Shown piece after piece: positions 1 through 12,100 of a stretch of 64,000 bases of DNA. How positions within the stretch are numbered: the first letter of the stretch is position 1; every line of letters begins with the position of its first letter. The notes under the pieces were generated by a model. That model was not told the origin of the DNA. It saw only the letters and a list, made by a program, of their open reading frames with translations, and searched no databases. Location of the stretch: contig JBHGNT010000010.1 in assembly GCA_043228905.1 (NCBI GenBank), forward strand, positions 4,836,001-4,900,000, given 5' to 3'. The stretch is from Azolla caroliniana (Eukaryota; Plantae; Polypodiophyta). A program made the translations under genes and the position numbers.

Positions 1-175
1 CTCTAAGCTTCACATTGTATTTCTCTATTTCATGTGTTTTGGTTCGGAGTTAGAAAACTCCTGTGGTTTTGCCTCGAGGTTTTCCACTTTAATATCCTAT
101 ATCAATCTACTTGTTTTGTTTGTTTCTTCCATCGTGTGTTTGAGACTCAGTTGTGGCCGAACACTATTTGTATCA
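1..175 (+). repeat. 3' part of the 5' LTR of Copia F1 (truncated by the window edge)
   Basis: Ends in ...TATCA and is followed by a degenerate Met PBS (TGGTATCAAAAC, 179-190). Shares the GGTTTTCCAC and TTGTGGCCGA motifs with the Copia E LTR. Confidence 0.75.
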
Positions 176-218
176 ATATGGTATCAAAACATTTTTTGGT
201 TTCAAGCCTAAATTGAAA

Positions 219-3200
219 ATGGAAGATCCATTCGGCGGCATGTTCAAGCTCACTAGCTCCAACTACTCAGTGTGGAAGTCGAAGATGAAGGACATGGTGG
301 TGGTAAAAGATCTCTAGTTGCCGGTGCAGTTTGGAGATACAAAACCAGACAAAATAGATGCACCGACCTAGGAGGTGATGCATATGAAGATGATAGCCTA
401 CATTCAATGCTTCATCGACATGAGCCTGTACAACAACTTCAACAAAGAGAGTAAGGCTCATGAACTCTGGGAGGAGATAAGCATTATGTTTTAGAACAAG
501 AATGTCATAAATCGAGTCTCAATATTCCAGAAGTTAGTGAAACTCAGATATCATGGCGGCTCCAACATGGTGGAGCACATGAATGCCTTCTAGGGGCTTA
601 TAAATCAGATATCAATCAATACGGCTCTAGTTGACGAGGTACTCGTGTTGTTATTGCTCGGTTCCCTCCCGAATAGTTGGGAGATGTTAGTTGTCACTTT
701 GGGCAACGCTGGGTCGGAAGGTAAACACCTATCCCTAGTGAGAGTAAAATCAAGCTTGCTAGATGAAGAGGCTTGTCGGAAAGACAAGGAAGTGATCTCC
801 GACTCAAAAACCCTAGTTACCGGAACCGACACACAACGAGGGAGAGGCTGGAATCGAGGTCCCTAGAACCTGGAAAAGTCGGGGATGAGGTCTAAGTCAA
901 GGGGGAGGCCCACATGCTTCTAGTGTGGGAAGTCGGGGCACTTTTAGAAGAACTGCCGACACTTCCGGAATGAGAAAGGGGGAGACGAAAATCCCGACTC
1001 GAAGAAGGGTCTGGATCGGAAAGGAACATCGGCAATCGCGACAAGTGAAGAAGAACTGCTACTTATCACCGAGGAGAGTGAGCTACAACATGTAAGCGAC
1101 GAAATGACGTGGGTGGTCGACTCCGGAGCGTCGTTGCATTTGACTCCCAAATGTAAGTGCTTCGCATCCTGTAGAGCCGGAGATCACGACTGTGTGAGAA
1201 TGGGGAATGAAGGTGCATGCCGAATTGTCGGCATAGGAGACGTGTGGCTGACAACGTCAACCGGGTGCAAGTTACTGTTGAAAGATGTCCAACATGTTCT
1301 GGAGGTTCGCTTGAACCTGATATTAGCCGGTTGGCTAGATGATGAAGGCTACACTAGGAGCATCTGGAATGGAGTCATGAAGTTCACCAAAGGGACCTTG
1401 ATCGTGGCTCGAGCCCGAAAGATCAACACCTTGTACTTGATGCATGCCCAGATCTGTTGGGAGGAAGTAAATGTTGCATCCGACACTGTCGGTGAGCTGT
1501 GACACAAGAGTTTGTGTCACATGAACCAGAAAGGGATGAGAAGACTTGCCGAGGATAAACTCATTCCGGAGGTGAAAGACGTGCAGCTTGAGAGGTGCAC
1601 CGATTCTTTGGACGACACGCAGAATCGAATCTCTAGAGCTCGTGCATGCTGATGTATGCCAAGTGGACATGAAGTCACATGCTGGGTCGCAATACTTCGT
1701 GACGTTCATAGATGACCAAAGCCGGAAGTTGTGGGTCTCACTGCTAAAGACGGAGGATCAGGTATTGACCGTCTTCAAGGAGTTCCATGAAACCAATTGA
1801 AAGCTGAAGGCAGTTCGAGCCGACAATGGTGGAGAGTATTGGGGGTAGTTCGAGGAATACTGCCAATCAAAAGGAATATGGCTAGAATTTACTGTGCCCA
1901 GGACGCCGGAGTTGAATGGATTGGCCGAAAGGATGAACCAGATAGTGATAGAGAGAGTCCAGAGCATGTTGGCACATGTTAAGCTGCCCAAGACGTTTTG
2001 GGTTGAGGCGTTGATGACGACGACCTATGTGATAAACAGATCACCCTTAGTGCCCTTGGACGGAGACACACTACAGAGAGTATGGACCGGTAAAGACGTG
2101 TCTTACCGGCATCTGAAAGATGTTTGGTTGTCTTGCTTATGTGCATGTAGCAAAGGACAAGAGAGTGAAATTGGACCCGAAATCCCGACCATGCTTATTC
2201 CTTGGATATGACGATGATGAGTTCAACTATCGAGTGTGGGACTTGGTCGACAAGAAGGATTTCGAGAGTTGAGACATAGTCTTCATGGAAGACAAAATCA
2301 TTGCCGACTAGGAGTCAGAGAAGAAGACAACAGATTCCGGGTTGATCAACAGAGATCGATCAAAGGATACATGGACCTATCTGGTCGGAAACCAGATGAC
2401 ACTCGATGAACCAGCCGGTTCCGGACAAGGAACCGAATTGACTGAAGAAGATTTGAACACCGAAACTGGACAAGATCCCGAACTAGATTCGGATGAAGAA
2501 CCAGTGTTAGAGAACCAAGGAAGAAGATATCCTCTCAGGTAGAGAAGAGCTCCCCGAAGATTTACGGAAGAAGAGTGTATATTGTTGACCGACGAGGGGG
2601 AGCCGGAAAGCTTTGAAGAAGCAACAAAAGACACCCACAACCGAAAGTGGTTGAGTGCCATGCAGGATGAAATGGATTCTCTGCATGAGAACCATACATA
2701 TGAATTGACGGAGTTGTCGAAAGGAAAGAGTGCGCTCCAGAACAAGTGGGTGTACAAGTTAAAACTGGGAGATGCCGGAAATCCACCAAGATACAAAGTC
2801 CGGATCCTGGTGAAGGGATTTCAGAAGAAGAAAGGAGTGGATTTCAACAAGATCTTTACCCCGGTAGTAAAGATGACATCCATTCGAACAATGCTGAGCA
2901 TAGCGGTAAGCATAGATTGACCCATGCGTGAAATTCATAATATTCGACATTCGTAAAATTCGTAAAATTCGAGAATACAAAATGACCCCACGAATATTAC
3001 AGAACCATTTGTTTATTTATTTATTATTAAAAAAAATAATTTTATATATTATTAGGCTAAGGTCCCCTTTTTAATGTCAAGAGAGTAAAAAGGGGGGAAT
3101 TAATGAACCTTTTATTTATTATTTATTTATTTTATTAAAAATAAAACAAATACTTTAAATTTTTTCATCTATTATAAGAATATTATTAGTGTGAGGTCCC

Positions 3201-4330
3201 CTTTTTAATGTGAGATAAAAATATAAAATTTTGTGGGAACCTTTTATTTATTCTATTTATTTTGCATATATTTTATTTATTTTTTGTTTTATTAAAAATT
3301 AAAACATATACATCTATGTTTGATAAATATTATAAAAATATTATTAGTGTGAGTTCCCCTTTTTAATGTGAAATAAAAATATGAAATTTATGGGAACCTT
3401 TTATTTAGTTAATTTATTTACATTTATTTTTCGTTTTATTAAAAAAGAAAACAAATACATTTAAGTTTTATATATATTATAAAAATATTATTAGTATGAG
3501 GTTTCCTTTTAATAACAGATAAAAATATCAATTTTTGTGGGAGACTAAAGTGAGAAATTAATGAACCTTTTATTTATTATTAATTATTTTTTTATATTTA
3601 TTAAAAATAAAACAAATACTTTTAACTTTTAAGTTTTCCATTTATTATATAAAAATATTATTTAGTGTAAGCCTCCTTTTTAATGTGAAGTTAAATATCC
3701 CATATTTAATGTGAAAGTCTCTTTGTTATATGATATATTAATATATATATTAGAAACTAAAAAGTAGGAACTCTTTTTTTTCTTTTTTTTTAATGAATAT
3801 TTTTTCATGTATTCTTATGCATATTCGTATGTATTCGTATGGTAACCCCCAGGAATGCGAACATGTCAATCTATGGCGGTAAGCATGGACCTCAAGGTCG
3901 AGCAACTAGACATCAAAACAATGTTCCTACACGACGACCTCAAGGAAGAGTGCAGTAGCCGGAGGGATTCGTCAAGAAAACAAAGGAGAACTTAGTGTAC
4001 CGGTTGAAGAAGAGCTTATACGAATTGAAGCAAGGCCCCCGACAATGGTACCAGAAGTTCAACTCCATGACCGATCAAAGATACCAGAAGATGTAGGCTG
4101 ACCACTGCATATTCGTGAAGAAGTTCGACGAAGGAGACTTCCTGATACTACTGCTATACGTGGAAGACATGTTGATCGTCGGACGGGACCGTATCAAAAT
4201 CGGGATGCTGAAGAAGGCCTTGAGCCGGTCATTCGCAATGAAAGATATGGGTCTCGTGAGATAGATTTTAGGGATGCGCATAATTTGGTACCGGTTGAAG
4301 AAACAATTATGGATGTCACAGGAGAATTAT
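219..4330 (+). pseudogene. Degenerate Ty1/Copia gag-pol (element F1, Tnt1/Tork-like), interrupted by a MITE
   Basis: Fragments carry gag (LLLLGSLPNSWE), protease (WVVDSGAS), integrase (LELVHADVC, NGLAERMN) and RT (KWVYKLK, FTPVVKMTSIR). Many stops and frameshifts. Colinear with element E. Confidence 0.92.
2911..3875. mobile_element. Non-autonomous hAT-type DNA transposon (MITE 1), 965 bp, AT-rich
   Basis: 11-bp TIR CATAGATTGAC / GTCAATCTATG. Perfect 8-bp TSD GCGGTAAG (2903-2910, 3876-3883). ATTCGTA subterminal repeats and internal ~150-bp diverged repeats. The host RT sequence resumes after it. Confidence 0.93.
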
Positions 4331-5544
4331 ATGATAAATAGATCACCCTCAGCGCCCTTGGACGGAGACACACCATAGAGAGTATGGATTGGTAAAGATG
4401 TGTCTTACTGGAACTTGAAGGTGTTCGACTGTCTCGCCTACGTACATGTAGCAAAGGACAAGAGAGAAAAATTAGATCCGAAGTCCTGACCATGTATATT
4501 CCTTGGATACGGTGATGATGAGTTTGGCTATCGAGTGTGGGACTTGGTCGACAAGAAGGTGTTCCGAAGTCGGGACATAGTCTACATGGAAGACAAGCCC
4601 ATTACCGACTGGGGATCAGAGAAGAAGATAGTGAACTCCGGATCGACCGACAAAAATCAGTTGGAAGATGCAAGGATACATCCGATTGGAAGCCGGATGT
4701 CAACCGAAGATCATGATGAACCGGTCGGATTCGCAAAAACCAAACTGACCGAAGAAGAATCAAATACCAGAATCGGACAAGACCCCGAATCAGATTCAGA
4801 TGAAGAACAGACGGAGGAGCCAGTGGTCGAAGATCAAGGATGGAGATACCCTCTAAGAGAGAGAAGCCCCCACCGGAGATTTCCAGATGTAGAGCATGTT
4901 TTATTGACCGACGAGGGGGAGCCGGAAAGCTTCGAAGAAGAAAAGAAAGTCACCCACAACCACAAGTCTTTTAGTGCCATGCAGGATGAGATGGATTCCT
5001 TGCATGAGAACCACACATATGAATTGACGGAGTTGCCGAAAGGAAAGAGAGCGCTCCGGAACAAGTGGGTGTACAAGCTGAAACCGGGAGACGTCGGAAA
5101 CCCACCGAGATACAAACCCAGATCATGATGAAGGGTTTCCAGCAGAAAAAGGGAGTGGACTTCGATGATATCTTTGCCCCGATAGTCAAGATGACATCCA
5201 TCTGGACAATGTTGAGCATAGCGGCAAGCATGAACCTCGAGGTAGAGCAACTAGACGTCAAGACAACGTTCCTACATGGTGACCTCGAAGAAGAGATCTA
5301 CATGCAAGAACCGAAAGGATTTGTGAAGAAAGGGAAGGAGAACCTGGTATGCCGGTTGAAGAAGAGCCTATACGGACTGAAGCAAGCTCCTTGGGAATGG
5401 TACAGGAAGTTTGACTCCTTCATGACTGACCAAGAATACCACAAGACGCAGGCCAACCACTGCGTGTTTGTGAAGAAGTTTGACGGAGGAGACTTCTTGA
5501 TACTACTGCTGAATGTGGACGACATGTTGATCATCAGACGGGAC
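4331..5544 (+). pseudogene. Second degenerate Copia pol segment (F2: integrase C-terminus to RT), left part
   Basis: Restarts at the INRSPS integrase region. ORFs 4535-5128 and 5065-5556 carry LDVKTTFLHG and NVDDMLI. It has no MITE and is diverged from F1. Confidence 0.9.
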
Positions 5545-5793
5545 TGTAAAGAATAGCGTGCGGAAGCAAGTAGAAAACCGAACATAGAAAATATGCAGGT
5601 TTAATGGAGAACTTGAATATACACAGTACGTGGGAGAGAGAGAGACACACACACACACACACGAAAATTCAATTCAAAATAATTCTCATTCTGTACATAG
5701 GATGTGCTCAGTGAGCACTTTTATACAAGTGTTGGCACCTCTTCTGCTGGCACCTCTTCTGCTGCCTTCTCTTCCGCTTGGCCCTTGGCTGAT

Positions 5794-6857
5794 TCAGCGT
5801 ATCCGAATCAAACATCCAAACCGACTCGACTTCCTCGGATCGGTTTCGCTCTCGTCCGAGTTGGTTGTCTCCAACTCGTCTTTGGTTTTCTTGCCCTTGA
5901 AGTCTTCGTCTCCCCCACGCTTGGTTGGCTTCGGCTCTTTCTTTGGGCTGCTCCCCTTATGTCCGCTTTCAGAATCTTCCGCGGATCCGCCCTCAACTTC
6001 TTCAGCCGATTCGAAATCGAATTCTTCATCCGACTCGGCGTTGCGGTCTTCCGGAACTTCTCTCCCCATTCCATGGACATTCGGGACGTCTCTCCCCCTC
6101 AAGTTCGGCATGTTGAGGTGACGCAACCCAAGTGCACCCGAGAATTGCCGCAACTTGTCTAGACCAAGAGGCTTGGTGAAGATGTCGGCGGTTTGCCGAT
6201 CCGTCGGTACATACTGAAGTTCAACTTCATCGGAGAGGACACGCTCACAGAAGAAATGGCAGTGCACCTCAATGTGCTTAGTCCAAGCATGGAAGATGGG
6301 GTTCTTTGCTAGCTGGATGCTACTGAGGTTATCGTAGTAGATTGTCATTGGATCAGATACCTCCACCTCCAGATCCTTATTAAGTAGCTGCTTCAACCAT
6401 ATGGCTTCGCATGTCGCGACAACCGCTCCTCTATACTCTTTGGTGCTCGATAGCACAATTGTCGGCTGTTTCTTGATACTCCACGTGATCGTGGTACTCC
6501 CGAGAGAGAACACGAAACCGGACGTGGATCAACGATCGGCGACATTGCCGGCCTAGTCGGCATCGGTGTAGCCGACCAACTACGGGGCTGTACCGGTCCG
6601 ATATAGTAGCCCCCGATCCTTAGTGCCGCTTACGTACCGCAGTACGTGTTGTGCACACTAAAGATGCTCCTCGGTAGGTCACGCCATGAACTGACTAATC
6701 ACCTCGACTGAGTATATAAGGCTTTTGACTATCTGTCGGAACCTCGTCGAGTCGCATACCTTTCCAGAATCGGGACAAAGCTTGAAAGTTGTATCCAGAG
6801 GAGTTGAGACAGACTTACAATCAGCCATCCCGAATTTGAAGAGCATACTCAACATGT
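5794..6857 (-). pseudogene. Copia D RT C-terminus and RNase H, with an acidic C-terminal extension
   Basis: Motifs DNLSSIQLAKNPIFHAWTKHIEVH and ADIFTKPL. PPT-like TTGAGGGGGAGA (minus) near 6091-6102. Confidence 0.85.
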
Positions 6858-7521
6858 TGTCATGGAGAAAACCGTCCCCAGGCAAAAACTGGGTATAACG
6901 TGCGTAAACCGGCCCTTACACATGGGCACAAGTTTTGTTGTATAGTACGTAGATAGGTACAAGTCGGAAGAGGTGAAATCCTAGGTAACACGCATTCATT
7001 AGGGAGAAAATCGAGGCGTATCCCTGTTCGAAAAGACAGGGAATAAACATGATGTAATGGGTGGTAACGGCCTCCCTCCTTGGGCTATAAAAGAGATGGA
7101 GAGGTAATGTGCAGGGGATCGCGTTTTTGTGGAGGACAAAGTGCTGCCAGACTAGAACCGAGGTCTTCTCCTCTGTCTTCTCCATAGTCGTTCTGTGCAG
7201 GTTTCGGGAGGCTGACTCTGCTCCGCGGAATGCCCGAGTGCTTCCGGTAGAGTCTCCATCTCGCGCTCTCTATGTGTTTGTGCAAGCGTCGGAGCCTATC
7301 ACTTGTCGGATTGCCGGTTGTAACCCCTTGATTTATATATATGCATACATTCATTCTGTCTCCATTGTTCGGAGTTAGTTGCAACTCCTGTGAATCCGTG
7401 TGTCTGTGCGCGTGCGGAGTACATTGGTAGTTTCCTTCCCCTTGTCTCATTCGGTTATTTCTCGGTCCAAGGCCCCCGTGATCCTGCCTCGTTCTCCACG
7501 CACGCGCGTAACAACGCGACA
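6858..7521 (+). repeat. 5' LTR of Gypsy A
   Basis: Direct repeat of 31384-32049. TATA (GGCTATAAAA) near 7083-7092. Confidence 0.93.
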
Positions 7522-7525
7522 TATT

Positions 7526-7542
7526 TGGTGAACTCGACGTGA
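7526..7542 (+). promoter_or_regulatory. Primer binding site complementary to the 3' end of tRNA-Trp
   Basis: Consensus TGGTGAACCCGACGTGA is the reverse complement of the plant tRNA-Trp 3' end as I recall it (...TCACGTCGGGTTCACCA). The same PBS occurs at 18279-18295, 45238-45254 and 52927-52943. Confidence 0.85.
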
Positions 7543-7565
7543 ATAGACGGCAAAGGAATAGAAAG

Positions 7566-8667
7566 ATGAGAGGGTCGGATCTTGCAGAAGCCATGGCTTC
7601 GACTGTTGATCGGATAGTGAGTGCGCGCGAAGGCACAGGCGCCCTCGATAGTGCTATTGAAGCAGTCGTCGGCACGATAGGCCGGTTTGGTGGGAAGGAC
7701 GCCACGAGCTATCTGGAGGCTTACCTAGCCGAACTGGTGATGAGGGACATCCCGGAGGACAGGCGACTGACTGGATTCCCTCGGGTGGCAATGCCGGGCA
7801 TCCACGTGGAGGTGCTTGAGGTACGGGTTGAGAGTCGGACCTGGGAAGAGTTTGAAGGTCGGCTCCTTGAAAAATACGGGCTTGATGACGCGCTTCGGCT
7901 ATTAAAGCGGGACTTCATGGAATGGGTGGAGACCCCCGAAAAGGGGAGAAACACGTCGGTGCTCCTTCGAGAGTTTGAAGAACGCTTCGCACGTCTTTCG
8001 GCGCTAGACCGAACCGTACTGGACACAAGTTGTGTCCTATTGTTAGTTAGATCGGTGGACATAAGGGACTGGGAGCAAGTGGGCTTCCTGCTGGAGACCG
8101 ATGACGGCCTAACAACCGACTGGGCCGTGGTAAAAAGAGTTTGTAGCCGTTTTGACAAATGGCGTGAGTGGGTCGATAAAGGCTTGATGGGGGCAGGTTC
8201 TGTTGCAACAAGGAAGGTCGAGGTACCCCCACCGACGCAAAGGGAAGAGACCCGAGACTTGCTCAAGACTGGCTCGACTTCAACCAGCATGGTCAAAGGC
8301 TCATCTGGAGGAGTTGACTCGGATGGTGAGGGACATCTAGATTGCACATGCATGGAGGGACGACGGCGAACAAGCCTGTGACCGAAGGCCTCCGACTAGG
8401 AACCAGTGCTTGTGGTGTGACGCGGTTGACGACGCCCGAAAGGACTGTGGGGACTTCGCCGAAGCGATAAGAGCTAATGGGGTGTACCTATGGAATGGTC
8501 GGGTGCACGCTAGCAAGACCCGAGGGGCCTTGGATCTGAATGTCGGATGAGGGGGTATGAAACGGCTGATGGAAGAAGCGGCGGCTCGCCACGCGGAGAC
8601 CGTCCACTACTCGGCGTCGGCTTGAATCCGGGCCGGAAGTGATGAAGTCCGGAAGATGAAGGAAGCC
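7566..8667 (+). pseudogene. Gypsy A gag, 5' part (continues at 26833-27853 with the protease)
   Basis: ORF 7539-8381 followed by a degenerate CX2CX4HX4C knuckle (CLWCDAV...). Colinear with the gag of element H. Confidence 0.85.
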
Positions 8668-9155
8668 TGTTACCCGGCCGGCAAGAAGGCTTAAGGATGT
8701 CCAGACCAGAGTGTGAAAGGAATAGTTTATTCGGGAACTGTTGTAATTATTTTATTAATATGGATGGACGGACCGGAATCGGTATGCCGATCCAGATTCG
8801 GACCGATTCTGAATAGGTGCCGGTTGGCACCGTTTTGTACTTCGCACCGGAGACCTATATAAAGGCCCGGTTACAATGTAATTAACAGCGGATAATTAAT
8901 AGAACTTATTGCCTTAACCTTTCAGTATTGATTACCTTTCTGTGCTTATTGCATATCTTACGCGTGTTAATGATGTATTGTTAAGTAACCAATTAAGGTC
9001 TAATTAAGCGTTGTGTCGCAAGTCATCTTGCCATAACACCCTTTGGTGAAGTGTCTTAAGTGGACACCTTGTGTTAGGCTGTTGTCCGGCCCTAGGATTA
9101 ACACAGTTTTTGGCGACCACGATTCTTGCACAATCGCAGTGAACAACGGCAGGAA

Positions 9156-12100
9156 TGGATGACTAGGCCAACAGACGACCCGGTTACGGAGAGAGCACGA
9201 AGACTTGCTGAACGGCGAAGGCGGCGGGAGGCTTTCAAGCAAGCAGCGGAAGAAATCCGATAGGATCGATCATTTTCCAAAGTGATCCGGAAAGTGGCGG
9301 AGGAGTCGCTCCGTCTGCAACAAAACGCCTACCCGGATGAAGGAAGCAACTTAAGCAGCCTCCGGGAAGCGGAATCCCTTCTCTAGGCCTTGGCCGTAAG
9401 AGCTGGCGAATCTGAAGCATTTTCAACGTTGGAATCGAATTCAGAACGGGGTTATAGCGCGCACACGAACTATCGCAGCAGTAACGACACCCTAGGAGGA
9501 CCGGAGGACGAGGAGTCGGATACATTACCGACACTGGAACTAGAGTTGTTAGACCGGGAACCCCCGACGTGGAGCAACCTCCGGAGACTGAAGAAGACAA
9601 AGGAAGACCTCTGACACCGGAAGTTGAGCCGACAACACCAAAGGAAGACCGACAAAGACCTCCGACGCCGACGGAACAACAAGAAAGACCACCGACACCG
9701 CCAGTCCGCGTACCGACACTGGACGATGACATGTCGTTCTAGTACTCCAAGTATAGGGATGACCCGGATGCGGAGGCTCATGTTCACGTGTTTCAATAAA
9801 CATGGGAGGTGAACCATGTGTCACAACGGTTAACTGCGACCGAAGAGGAAGGATCTAAGATAGCCGAATTCGGCGTGACATTGGAAGGACCGGCCGCCAG
9901 ATGGCACCGGATGCAGGACCCTAGCACCATCACCACCTTTGCGGACCTGAAATATAAATTCGTGCACTTCTTTCAGAAGGAGGTGGACCAGAGAGAAATG
10001 GTGGGCCTATTTTACACCATCCGGCAGGACCCCGGGGAGAGCATTCTGCAGTTTGTCATCCGGTTTCAGCGGATGCACAGTCAGCTTACCCGCGCACCTC
10101 CGGAGGAAGAAACACGAGCTATATTCTTAGCCGCGCTCCGGGAACCTCTACGAATGGTATGCACGGTCATCGACTTTCGCACAAGCATCGTCGACCAGGT
10201 CATCGACCGGGTTAGAGAAATGGAGAAAACGAGCTCTTGGCTAACAATGGGAGCCCTCCAACGAGCGTTACAAACCAATGAGGATCTCCGGTTCCGGCAA
10301 GCAATCTAATGCACGACCTGCTTGAATTCCGGACACTTGTCACTGGAGTGCACCATGCGGACGCACTGCTTACTTTGCCAATCTACGAGCCAGATGATGA
10401 ACTGGTGCGAATATAACTTATTGAATTGGCAAGCACCACCAGTCCGGCAAATCGAGCCACGTAGCAGCCGAGACGAAGAAGACGAACGCTGGCGGCGAGA
10501 GGAGCGATATCGACCGGGACAGGATGTCCGGTACGACGATTGGCGAGACAACTATGACCGGTACAAGAGATATGATAGGTACCGAGATTACAATGGACGG
10601 TACAAGCATCACAACTGGGATCACTCCCCTGGGTATCACCAACGACGGGAAGATTACGGGAGATATGACGACCAACCCCGTCAAGGGTACCGCAACAAAA
10701 AGAACTTTAATAAAAAACGGCATTTCAAAAAAGGGAGCCACCCACGTGAACTGGAAAAAGGCACCTCAAGCAGCCAACCAGACCAAAGCCCCGCGGTTAC
10801 CACGGGTCCTCCACTGGGTACAGGAAACAATGCCGAATCCAGCAATACCCGGAAAGCATATTGCTATTATTGCCGAGAAGAAGGACATTATAGTAATAAA
10901 TGTCCGGCAAAGATCTATGACAAGCAACCAGCAGTAAACATGGTAGTCGCCGAAGTCGCAGACCTGCAGCAGGATACCACAAGGTCGAAGGGCAGGATGA
11001 CGGAATGGGAGACACAAGAGGCCATCTGGAAGCAGGCAACGGAATGGGTGAAAAAGGCAAATGAGCGAAACGTAGCAAAACTTGCGCAACAAAAGGAGAA
11101 CACCGAAGAGCTCGCCGGCGGTAGTCAGACCGAAAATGCGACATGGCAGGCATTGCAGGAGTGCCAGATCACGCTGCCATTAGGACGGCTCCTGCAACTA
11201 GTGCCCAGATTCACAAAAGGACTCAAGACAGGCATGACGGCAGGAGAAACACCACCAACACCAACATTCTTCTCAAATCCGGAGGAGGGACCGGCGGTGG
11301 TAGACACAAATAGTCCGGCGATCACAGCCATCGTGAAGGGAAAGGAGTTACCCGGAACAGTAATAGATGGAGGATCCGGCGTCAATGTGATTAGCCTCCG
11401 AACATGTACCACCTTGGGAATCCAAGAGTGGGAACCATGCCCGTTCTGGCTACGGATGGCGGATACAAGCTTAGTACGACCGACCAGCTTAATACGAGAT
11501 TTGGAAGTAACAATCGGCGGCCACACATTTTGCATCACGGCAGTAGTGCTACAATTACAAGCACAAGGAGCTTACCCGCTATTATTGGGGCGGCCGTGGC
11601 TAAAAACGGCGCACATTAAACAAAACTGGAGAAAGAATATAATCACCTTCCGGCAGGGAAAAGCAAAAGTACGGGTACCGACACAACCACGGACGGGTAC
11701 TGGGAAGGAATTAACACCCCTATATGCCGAATGTGTCAATATGCTGGACGGATTAGTAGACGAAGAGGTGGATCAATACTTGCAAGATAATCCGAAGATA
11801 GTACCCCTGTTCGAAATTGACGTAGTTGAAGCCGTATCACCATACATACTGCCACCGGATGGAGCGGACGAAGAACCAAATAAAGAAGCGATCCGGGAGC
11901 TACAACAAGCACAAGAAGCGCTGGAAATAGAAATGGCCGTATCACAACTAGAGGAGGTAAATCTAGGAACTACGCAAGAGGTGAGACCGGTGCAAATAGC
12001 CAAGGAAATGACTACGGAGAACAGAACGACGATGATTACACTTCTCAAAGAGTTTCAGGACGTGTTTGCCTGGCCGTACGAGGATATGAGAGGGCTCGAT

